A stretch of 32,000 nucleotides of DNA from Nitrososphaerota archaeon. GTDB taxonomy: Archaea > Thermoproteota > Nitrososphaeria > Nitrososphaerales > Nitrosopumilaceae. Of this stretch, positions 1 through 6,933 are shown piece after piece (positions within the stretch are counted from its first letter, which is position 1; each line of letters starts with the position of its first letter). Made by a program: the position numbers and the translations under genes. The notes beneath the pieces were generated by a model, which was not told the DNA's origin, searched no databases, and worked only from the letters and a program-made list of their open reading frames with translations. The stretch is from positions 1 to 32,000 of the forward strand of contig JAJPGU010000004.1 of NCBI GenBank assembly GCA_021325615.1, in the 5' to 3' direction.

Positions 1-16
1 AAAATCAAATTTAATC
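1..16 (+). repeat. Islet direct repeat, copy 1 (cut by the window edge)
   Basis: AAAATCAAATTTAATC matches the core at 662-677 and 1585-1600 at 15 of 16 positions. Confidence 0.5.
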
Positions 17-125
17 AAATATCACATGCGAAAACGGCTTAGGATTCAATCGTCGGTGGCAAGATCATCCAAAAGTTTAGAATATTTTTTAATAAGCTCG
101 TCAGTGATTTTCTCATCTTTTGGGC

Positions 126-569
126 TCATAATTGTTTGATCCGCCTTGAGACATAAAAAGACAGCTGTTTCATAATGTCTTGGTTCAAGGTTTGGCTCTG
201 TTTCTTGATCTCACTTAACATATGTCTCAACTCTAAATTCTCGTTTTCTGGATCGATGTCTAATTCATACCCGTTATCATAAAGAAATTTACTTGCAGCA
301 ATAATGCCAGTTCTTCTATTGCCATCAAAAAATGCTTGAGTCCACGGAATCACAGCCATCATGGTCGCCGCTTTTTCGATCAAATCTTTTTCTCGGTTTC
401 CGGAATTGCCAACACTATTTACTATTGGAATTACACGATCAATATTTTTAGTAGTCTCGATGTATACTTTGACTTTTTTTATTTTCTCATGCCTTTTGAG
501 AATTTTCTCATTAACATCGATTAAATACTGATTATCTAGGCTCATGATTATCTTATCATTTGACGTCAT
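126..569 (-). CDS. Fic/Doc (death-on-curing-like) family protein with a variant catalytic motif
   Basis: 147-aa ORF. The motif TQAFFDGNRRTG aligns to the Fic/Doc core HxFx(D/E)GN(G/K)R, followed by FLYDNGYELD. The start could instead be Met9 at 545. Confidence 0.65.
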   Translation of the reverse strand: MTSNDKIIMSLDNQYLIDVNEKILKRHEKIKKVKVYIETTKNIDRVIPIVNSVGNSGNREKDLIEKAATMMAVIPWTQAFFDGNRRTGIIAASKFLYDNGYELDIDPENENLELRHMLSEIKKQSQTLNQDIMKQLSFYVSRRIKQL

Positions 570-609
570 ACGATATTTCCCTTAGATGGTACGATTTAAG
601 GGTTGAAAG

Positions 610-621
610 AAATTTGATTTT
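610..621. repeat. Inverted partner (AAATTTGATTTT) of the islet repeat core
   Basis: Exact reverse complement of 662-673 with a 40-nt spacer. It lies in the divergent doc/abrB intergenic region. Confidence 0.5.
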
Positions 622-650
622 TTAATGCGATGAATTAACTCAAATCATGG

Positions 651-680
651 GAAGTTATGTTAAAATCAAATTTAACCGAG
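651..680 (+). repeat. Islet direct repeat, copy 2
   Basis: The 19-mer AAAATCAAATTTAACCGAG (662-680) is identical to 1585-1603. The extended 30-mer matches 1574-1603 at 27 of 30 positions. Confidence 0.7.
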
Positions 681-827
681 GAAAAACCTTGATTAAATGC
701 AGTGCCTTTGCGTGTTGTCTCCATCGTTACCTTTCAAAACTCAACCCAGTCTGCAGAACGATGTGCGCAAATAGGTCGCTCTCTATTTATGCAACAACTA
801 TTTATGGTAAGAAAGTAAGAATATTCT

Positions 828-1127
828 ATGAAGAATGAAATGGCACAAGATGAAGAAGACATAACGGTAGTCAGCGGAAAGGGGCAAGTAGTCATTCCGC
901 AGTCTTTGAGGATCAAGCTTGGACTCAGACCCAAGACCAAGTTGTTAGTATATGGCTACAAGGATACTGTCATCATGAAGAAGATGAAGATGCCGGATGT
1001 AATGAATGACCTCAAGACGCTCTACAAGAGGGTTGATGCAAGGACTGCAAAACGTGGCAAAATTAGCGAAGAGGACATCCTTCGCGAGATAGAGCAATAC
1101 AGATCAGAGAAGAAAAGGAAACGTTAA
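828..1127 (+). CDS. AbrB/MazE/SpoVT-type DNA-binding antitoxin (VapB-like)
   Basis: GKGQVVIPQSLRIKLGL is a SpoVT/AbrB-type motif. The protein is small (99 aa) with a basic tail. It ends 13 nt upstream of the PIN gene. Confidence 0.75.
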   Translation: MKNEMAQDEEDITVVSGKGQVVIPQSLRIKLGLRPKTKLLVYGYKDTVIMKKMKMPDVMNDLKTLYKRVDARTAKRGKISEEDILREIEQYRSEKKRKR

Positions 1128-1140
1128 GGAAAGCCCTGGG

Positions 1141-1551
1141 ATGCATAAGGTAGTTTTTGACATCAACATCCTAGTTTCTGCACTCATAGCTAATGGAACA
1201 CCTAGGCAGCTCTGGTTCAGGGCTGTAAGAAAAGAATTCGATCTTGTGATGTCAAGCAAGATGAGATCGCAATTTCTGGCAGTAATCTCAAGAAAAAAGT
1301 TTAAGGGCTATCTCACGGATAAAGACATCATTGATTTCATCAAGATACTCGATACCACCGCCAAATTTGTCAGGCCCGTACTTGGAATAAAAGTAATAGA
1401 AGAAGATCCTGATGATAACCTGATACTTGCTACCGCACTTGGAGGCAAGGCAGACCATATTGTTTCTGGGGACAGGCATTTGCTTGCTCTCGGTGAGTTT
1501 GGGGACGTAAAGATAGTGACTGTGGAAAAGATGCTCAGGATGTTCATATGA
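1141..1551 (+). CDS. PIN-domain ribonuclease toxin (VapC/TIGR00305-like)
   Basis: VVFDINILVSA, EEDPDDNLILATAL and IVSGDRHLL supply the conserved acidic residues of PIN domains. It is co-oriented directly behind the AbrB antitoxin. Confidence 0.8.
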   Translation: MHKVVFDINILVSALIANGTPRQLWFRAVRKEFDLVMSSKMRSQFLAVISRKKFKGYLTDKDIIDFIKILDTTAKFVRPVLGIKVIEEDPDDNLILATALGGKADHIVSGDRHLLALGEFGDVKIVTVEKMLRMFI

Positions 1552-1573
1552 TTGGTAATGCTTGTACGTATTG

Positions 1574-1603
1574 AAAGTTAAGTAAAAATCAAATTTAACC
1601 GAG
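1574..1603 (+). repeat. Islet direct repeat, copy 3 (right islet boundary)
   Basis: Contains the same 19-mer as 662-680. It sits between the PIN stop (1551) and the nadA stop (1616), where base composition changes. Confidence 0.7.
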
Positions 1604-1615
1604 TTTTCCCAAAGC

Positions 1616-2554
1616 CTAACTTATAGCCAGCATGCGCTCGATTGCAAGCCGCGCCCTCTGGGCCACGCTTTTTGGAACCCTGACTTCGTACTTGTCGTCT
1701 CGGAGCGAGGCATGGACCTTGTCAAGCGTTATCATCTTCATGTACTTGCATACTGCCGAGTCGGATATCGGGACGAACTCCTTTTCCGGGTTCTGCTTTT
1801 TCATCCTGTACAGGATCCCAGTCTCGGTTGCAACAACAAAGGTCTTGTTTTCGGAGGCCTTGGCCCTGTTCATCATTCCTTCCGTCGACAGGATCTGGAC
1901 CTGCCTGTTCCCATAGTCCCCGCATGCGACATCATACATCACAGAAGAGGTGCAGCTGCACTCAGGGTGCACCAAAAACTCCGCATGCGCGTACTGCGAC
2001 AGTTTTTCCTGTACCTCCTGCGGGCGTATGCCCGCGTGCACATGGCACTCGCCTGCCCAGATGTACATGTTCTTCCTCCCAGTCACCTTGGCCACATATG
2101 ACCCAAGGAACATGTCAGGAAGGAACAGCACCTCCTTGTCAGGTTGGATTGCGCGGACCACGTTTACCGCGTTTGATGACGTGCAGCAATAGTCAAGCTC
2201 TGCCTTCACCTCGGCAGACGTGTTTACGTATCCTACCGTGATGGCCCCAGGGTGTTCGCCCTTCCACTTGCGTACCTGGTCGGCATTGATGGTGTCGGCA
2301 AGGGAACATCCGGCCCCGAGGTCCGGTATCAGCACCCTCTTGTCGGGGCACGTAATTGCGGCAGTCTCTGCCATAAAGTGAACACCGCAGAACAGTATGA
2401 TTTTATGACTGGTCTTTGCAGCCTGCCGCGAGAGTCCAAGCGAGTCTCCCACGTAATCTGCCACGTCCTGAACCTCCGGAAGCTGGTAGTTGTGTGCAAG
2501 AATCAGGACGTCCTTTTCCCTCTTCATCCTGAGAATCTCGGATTTTAAGTCCAA
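1616..2554 (-). CDS. nadA: Quinolinate synthase NadA
   Basis: MDLKSEILRMKREKDVLILAHNYQLPEVQDVADYVGDSLGLS and FCGVHFMAETA are archaeal NadA hallmarks, with conserved Cys residues. The start codon is TTG. Confidence 0.95.
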   Translation of the reverse strand: MDLKSEILRMKREKDVLILAHNYQLPEVQDVADYVGDSLGLSRQAAKTSHKIILFCGVHFMAETAAITCPDKRVLIPDLGAGCSLADTINADQVRKWKGEHPGAITVGYVNTSAEVKAELDYCCTSSNAVNVVRAIQPDKEVLFLPDMFLGSYVAKVTGRKNMYIWAGECHVHAGIRPQEVQEKLSQYAHAEFLVHPECSCTSSVMYDVACGDYGNRQVQILSTEGMMNRAKASENKTFVVATETGILYRMKKQNPEKEFVPISDSAVCKYMKMITLDKVHASLRDDKYEVRVPKSVAQRARLAIERMLAIS

Positions 2555-2582
2555 TGCAAGAGAAAGCTGCTCTCTCTTTCCA

Positions 2583-2588
2583 TTTAAA
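2583..2588 (-). promoter_or_regulatory. TATA-like box (TTTAAA) for nadA
   Basis: Lies 28 nt upstream of the nadA start. This matches the geometry seen at other genes in the window. Confidence 0.3.
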
Positions 2589-2647
2589 GGGTCGTCAAAC
2601 TGACAAATTTAACGGCAATACGATTGCGTAATGGCAATTTTTGCCAT

Positions 2648-3466
2648 TTATGATCCTATGGAAATTTCACTCCCGCAGATTCTGCGGAGGCAGTCTATTG
2701 CAGACAGCGTGGCAAGCCTGCTTGTCTTTGGGTTTGTCTGGCTCGGCACGTTTTCCACACGGATGGATATGCTCCCAAACTTGCCCCTTGCCTCTATCTC
2801 ATGCGTGTTCTTGTCAGTGGACGGGTCTGCCACAATCCTTACCCTAGTCTTCTGGCTACCCATCCCTGCAAGGCTCAGCAGAGCGGCAACATTTACGTTT
2901 GCCGGAAAGAGTCTGACGGCCTCTTCTGCAGGGCCTTCGTAGAGGACAGTCCTTGCACCCAGGCTGTCTAGGTCAATATCAGAAGTCTCAAAAAACCTCG
3001 CCCCCTTGAGCGACCTTGGGTTCTTGGTGGTTACAAGCGTTACCGATTCGAGTTCCTCCCGGGCCGCCCTTATCGCGTCAAGGCCCGCTATTGCCCCCGT
3101 CGGCAGGTAGACATGCTTGCCAAAATCCCTGCATCCCTCAAGTATGATTTCAAATATTGACTCGTCAAGGAGCGCACCTGCGCTCATTATCATCAGGTCC
3201 TTCCTGTTCTGTAGGATAGAGAGCGCATTGTCCCGCACGGCGTCCTGCGAGGCTGCCTCCACTATGATGTCCACAGGGGCGGCTGCAAGAAGTCCGGCGT
3301 TCTCCACTATCACGGGCTTGGACTTGAGCATGCCGGCAAGCCTCGAGGTGGATTCCCTTGAAAAGTCAAATATGTGAGTAAGCTTAGCAGGCACCCTGCC
3401 AGAATCCACCGCGAATGCAATCTCGGTTCCAATCACCCCGCAGCCAAGAAGGCCTATCCTTTTCAA
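2648..3466 (-). CDS. nadX: L-aspartate dehydrogenase NadX
   Basis: N-terminal Rossmann motif IGLLGCGVIG. TGAIAGLDAI, NVNVAALLSLAG, ADPSTDKNTHEIEARG and NPKTSRLATLSA match the NadX family. It is adjacent to nadA. Confidence 0.85.
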   Translation of the reverse strand: MKRIGLLGCGVIGTEIAFAVDSGRVPAKLTHIFDFSRESTSRLAGMLKSKPVIVENAGLLAAAPVDIIVEAASQDAVRDNALSILQNRKDLMIMSAGALLDESIFEIILEGCRDFGKHVYLPTGAIAGLDAIRAAREELESVTLVTTKNPRSLKGARFFETSDIDLDSLGARTVLYEGPAEEAVRLFPANVNVAALLSLAGMGSQKTRVRIVADPSTDKNTHEIEARGKFGSISIRVENVPSQTNPKTSRLATLSAIDCLRRICGSEISIGS

Positions 3467-3510
3467 ACCAAAGCTACCTCAGGCCCACCTTGTTAAAATT
3501 CTTCTTGGCC

Positions 3511-4422
3511 ATGACAAAATTGATTTACGATACCTGCCTTATCAGGACAGGTTTGAAGGGTTCCGATTCCACGCTGATCGAGAGGGCCCTCTTCAAGGTG
3601 GCAAAAAAGTGGATTGCGGGAAACACCATGGAAGAGGCCATCCGCTATGCAAGAGATGCCAACGCAAACGGGATGGAGGCAATAATCAACAGGCTTGGGG
3701 AACACATGACTTTGGAAGCCCAGATCGAGTCCACCGTCTCTGAATACCTCTCCCTGGTGTCCAACATGAGGAAGGCTCGGATCTCTGGCGGCATCTCAGT
3801 CAAGCCTACGCAGGTTGGGCTTGCAAAGGACGCGGGCGAGTGCGCCTCAAACCTTGGAAAGATAATTGGGGAGGCACTCAAGTCGCAGTCGTTTGTCTGG
3901 ATTGACATGGAATCCTCAGAGTATACTGACGGCACCATATCGATCTACCTTGGACTCTTTGAGAAGTACGAGAGGATAGGAATTGCGCTCCAAGCAAACA
4001 TGAAGAGGACGGAGGCAGACCTCCGCATGCTCCTTGGGCGGGGTGCAAAGGTCCGCCTTGTCAAGGGTGCCTACCGAGAGTCTGCAAGAAACGCCTTCAA
4101 GACCCGTCAGGAGGTAGACGCAAATTACAAGCGGCTTGCAGGCATGCTCTTCCAAGACGGAAACGAGTTTGCAATTGCAACCCATGATTCTGCCATGATA
4201 AGGCACGCGATTTTGCTCGCAAGTAAACATGAGAGAAAGTTCGAGTTCCAGATGCTCAAGGGAATCCGGGATGAGCTCAAGCCCTCCCTGATAAGGGATG
4301 GGTATGCCATTTCAGAGTACATACCGTACGGCACGAACTGGCTCCCCTACTCAATTCGCCGCCTCAAGGAGAGGAAGCGCAACATACTTTTGCTAGGCAG
4401 TTCGTTCCTCCATTCCGCCTAA
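3511..4422 (+). CDS. Proline dehydrogenase (monofunctional PutA-like)
   Basis: WIAGNTMEEAI, INRLGEH, VKPTQVGL, RLVKGAY and EFQMLKG are PRODH TIM-barrel motifs. I chose ATG 3511 (303 aa) so the gene does not overlap nadX. Confidence 0.85.
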   Translation: MTKLIYDTCLIRTGLKGSDSTLIERALFKVAKKWIAGNTMEEAIRYARDANANGMEAIINRLGEHMTLEAQIESTVSEYLSLVSNMRKARISGGISVKPTQVGLAKDAGECASNLGKIIGEALKSQSFVWIDMESSEYTDGTISIYLGLFEKYERIGIALQANMKRTEADLRMLLGRGAKVRLVKGAYRESARNAFKTRQEVDANYKRLAGMLFQDGNEFAIATHDSAMIRHAILLASKHERKFEFQMLKGIRDELKPSLIRDGYAISEYIPYGTNWLPYSIRRLKERKRNILLLGSSFLHSA

Positions 4423-4469
4423 AAGGTTATCACATCATACGATTTCAGCGCGAAACCCCAAGTGATGCC

Positions 4470-5258
4470 ATGATGAGAATCATGGCTAGTTTTTTAACCG
4501 AAGAGGTCAAAGAACACCTGATTTTGAAAAGCGTGCATCTTGCGGCGATAGGAGGGGTCGCGATCGCATCCGTACTTATTGCGGCAGTGGCGGTGGTACC
4601 GGCCTTGACTGTAAGGCATGCAGGCCTTGAGTTTACCGGCAACTCCCAGATAGACATACAGAACAACTGCGGTAGGTTTCAGGCAATCCCGGAGGACCAG
4701 TCAGACATTTACACCGTTCCCGTACTTCTCATGGGCTCTGGCTCGACGGCATGTGCAAGGCTGCACTTCACCTCGGAATCCCCCCACAATACAAATTCCG
4801 CGGATCTTTTATCAGCGGTAAGGAGGCAGGCAGACTTTCGCATTGGGAACTACAACCTTGCCACAAACGGCCAATCCTTCAGCATCTCGCCCGGCTGGGA
4901 CCACACCCGCTCGTTCCAGATTTATGCGGCCTCGCAGGAGGTAGACAGCAGCTCCACTGCCCATCCCGCGGGAGACAACCCGACATACTATCCTGCTGGG
5001 ACAAACTTTACCATCACCTACATCATCCATGCGCCTCCCGCAGCCAGGGGGTTTTACGACTATTCGCTTCCCCGGCCAAGCTGCGGCAGCTATCCCCTTT
5101 CCGTAGGATTTTCAGAAAGCCAGGTAAATTCCTCCGACTTTTCCAAAGCCAACCCCCTTGGACAGCTGTGTGTTACCACGCCCTACAAGCTTCTATCCGT
5201 AGAAGTGGCAGGCATGTCCTACAAGGAAGTCCGGCTCCAGACAATCCCATTCCAGTAA
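4470..5258 (+). CDS. Hypothetical N-terminally membrane-anchored or secreted protein
   Basis: A single hydrophobic segment (AAIGGVAIASVLIAAVAVVPAL) is followed by a Ser/Thr/Asn-rich region with 4 Cys. I recognise no family. Confidence 0.5.
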   Translation: MMRIMASFLTEEVKEHLILKSVHLAAIGGVAIASVLIAAVAVVPALTVRHAGLEFTGNSQIDIQNNCGRFQAIPEDQSDIYTVPVLLMGSGSTACARLHFTSESPHNTNSADLLSAVRRQADFRIGNYNLATNGQSFSISPGWDHTRSFQIYAASQEVDSSSTAHPAGDNPTYYPAGTNFTITYIIHAPPAARGFYDYSLPRPSCGSYPLSVGFSESQVNSSDFSKANPLGQLCVTTPYKLLSVEVAGMSYKEVRLQTIPFQ

Positions 5259-5343
5259 GGGACCTTGGCCAAGACGCCTCCAAAATTGCCCTTACATTTT
5301 CCGGCAATTCTTCAGGAACCGGCAACGGGCACATCGGGAAAAC

Positions 5344-5598
5344 GTGGCGAGCCCATCCCCATGCGGAGTGACAAGTTCTTATACATGCAATATTCTTAGG
5401 CAGGCGTTGGCAGAAGTTTGCGACCATTGCGGGGGACCGATGGCGGACTGGAGCGCTACGCATTGCTCTGAGCACTGCCTGCTTGAAAGCATAAAAAACA
5501 GCATTACGCTTACTGCAAATTCCAAGTACGATGCTATCCTCGCAAAGATGAGAGAGCAGAATCGGTTTGATCGAAAGGCCTTTGACGGCCTGGAATAA
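5344..5598 (+). CDS. Small zinc-ribbon protein (DUF2116-like)
   Basis: CDHC-x11-CSEHC gives a C-x2-C...C-x3-C arrangement. The start is uncertain: GTG at 5344, or a TTG just before AEVCDHC. Confidence 0.4.
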   Translation: MASPSPCGVTSSYTCNILRQALAEVCDHCGGPMADWSATHCSEHCLLESIKNSITLTANSKYDAILAKMREQNRFDRKAFDGLE

Positions 5599-5613
5599 GT
5601 TTCAGGCCCCGCC

Positions 5614-6135
5614 TCATTCCTGCGACGATATGGTCCTTATCAGGATGGCGGATTTTGTCTTCTCAGACTCTATCTTGACCTTTCTAAGATCCCAGAATAT
5701 TTTTTCGGCCAAATCTATCATGAGGGAGGAAAAGTTGCTTCCAAGGTCGTGCTTTATCACTATGGAAAATACTCCATCCCTTTCAGACGACTCAAACCCA
5801 AGATCCGAAACCCTGCAAAAGGTCTCAAGGGCTTGGATGCATGAGTAAAAGTCAAACTCCATCCTTGATACAAGCGTCCACTCCTTGATGTTCTGGTAGA
5901 TTGCCTCTGCAAGGTCTCCCCGCCTGCTGTCAAGGTTGTTCAGGGCAAGCCTCGTCACGTCATCGGATACTGGCATTATCCTCATGTGCTGCCTATACCT
6001 ATGGAACACTGCATAATCAAAGAGAATCTGGTTGATGAGGATGTTTGTGGAGACCTTCTTTATCCGGGCATCCTTTTCTATCTCCGATATGATGTTTTCA
6101 GGCACCCTAAATGATACGGTCTTTGTCTTGTTCAC
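5614..6135 (-). CDS. Putative ribbon-helix-helix-type regulator, paralog A
   Basis: VSFRVPENIISEIEKDA...NILINQIL resembles an RHH N-terminus. It is collinear with paralog B through to IKHDLG. The GTG at 6135 is preferred over the tracked ATG at 6234 because residues 1-33 have no counterpart in B. Confidence 0.55.
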   Translation of the reverse strand: MNKTKTVSFRVPENIISEIEKDARIKKVSTNILINQILFDYAVFHRYRQHMRIMPVSDDVTRLALNNLDSRRGDLAEAIYQNIKEWTLVSRMEFDFYSCIQALETFCRVSDLGFESSERDGVFSIVIKHDLGSNFSSLMIDLAEKIFWDLRKVKIESEKTKSAILIRTISSQE

Positions 6136-6173
6136 TCTTAAATTCCAATTGCATTTGGTTATTAAAAAAACTC

Positions 6174-6203
6174 TTGCAAATAATTGCAATAATATTATTG
6201 CAA
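6174..6203. promoter_or_regulatory. Candidate operator: three TTGCAA hexamers including a perfect 20-bp palindrome
   Basis: TTGCAATAATATTATTGCAA (6184-6203) is its own reverse complement, and a third TTGCAA lies at 6174-6179. The site sits between the divergent paralogous regulators. Confidence 0.45.
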
Positions 6204-6285
6204 ATGATTCATTCAGCTTAAGACCTTGAGACACATACTAGAATTATCTTATGTTATATTTTTCTAGAAAAAATTTAAGGCAGAT

Positions 6286-6861
6286 ATGACAGTCCAGAAC
6301 AAAAAAGATGCCCTAAGGCACGACACGACCTCTAGCATCTCCTTCCGGCTTCCAGAAAATCTGGTGGATGAGATAAAGACAGAGGCCCAGCTCAACGAGG
6401 TTACCCCCAACGTGCTTGTGAGCAACATACTGGAGAGATATACAAGGTGGGACTCCACCGCCACAAAGGCGGGCTTTATACCAGTAACAAAGGTCCTTCT
6501 CAGGGAACTGATAGAAAGGCTCCAAGACAAGGAATTGGAGGAGGTTGCCGAACTGGTGGAGCGCAAGGAGTTTGCCGACATCTCATTGTTGATGAGAAAC
6601 GAGTTTGACATAGACTCGTTCCTTGACATAATCAAGATGAGGGCGGAGGTTTCCGGCTACCCCTACAGGCACACAGTCAAGCAAAATACCCACACCTGCA
6701 CCATACAGCACGACCTTGGAGCCAAGTGGTCCATCTATCTATCGGCAAGATACAAGGCCGCCCTTGAGGATCTTGGGATCCCATCCTTTGAATTCCGCTC
6801 GTCCCCAAACACCATACAGTTTGATGTCACCCTTCCCAAGCCCAAGAAGCATGGACCATAA
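6286..6861 (+). CDS. Putative ribbon-helix-helix-type regulator, paralog B
   Basis: ISFRLPENLVDEIKTEA...NVLVSNIL and CTIQHDLG align with paralog A (about 30% identity by eye). Confidence 0.6.
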   Translation: MTVQNKKDALRHDTTSSISFRLPENLVDEIKTEAQLNEVTPNVLVSNILERYTRWDSTATKAGFIPVTKVLLRELIERLQDKELEEVAELVERKEFADISLLMRNEFDIDSFLDIIKMRAEVSGYPYRHTVKQNTHTCTIQHDLGAKWSIYLSARYKAALEDLGIPSFEFRSSPNTIQFDVTLPKPKKHGP

Positions 6862-6933
6862 ATCCCGGACTGCCGGTTTGGTTCTCGCGGACTTGGGAAT
6901 CTAGGCTTTGCAGGTTGTCCGGGATCAGTCGTG

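Larger units (their letters stand above)
1..1610. other. AT-rich toxin-antitoxin islet, possibly horizontally acquired
   Basis: Composition is visibly more AT-rich than the rest of the window (about 35-40% GC versus over 50%, by eye). It contains only TA-type genes. Three copies of a short direct repeat partition it. It ends 6 nt from the nadA stop. Confidence 0.4.

Noticed and set aside
647-940. ORFs 647-838 (+) and 734-940 (-) in the doc/abrB intergenic region, considered as a possible missing Doc antitoxin
   Set aside because: The strand and position are wrong for a Phd-type antitoxin, and one overlaps the AbrB gene antisense. Both are Cys-rich, odd in composition and recognisably related to no family. 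The + ORF is mainly a read-through of the repeat.
1-1603. The three short direct repeats considered as a CRISPR array
   Set aside because: There are only three copies, with spacings of ~660 and ~920 bp that contain full genes, and no cas genes. This does not fit CRISPR architecture.
1632-2548. Several long plus-strand ORFs (1632-1916, 1712-2101, 1828-2241, 1950-2192, 2252-2548) inside nadA
   Set aside because: They are antisense shadow ORFs of a clearly identified gene. Their Arg/Pro/Cys/His-rich composition is not protein-like.
2604-2613. A fourth, partial copy (CAAATTTAAC) of the islet repeat upstream of nadA
   Set aside because: A 10-nt A/T-rich match is within chance expectation. It is mentioned under the islet finding but not called as a repeat feature.
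4751-5475. ORFs 4751-5371 (+) and 5173-5475 (-) overlapping the membrane-anchored protein gene and the zinc-ribbon region
   Set aside because: These are alternative-frame or antisense ORFs with Arg/Pro/His-rich low-complexity translation. The 4470-5258 frame is more protein-like.
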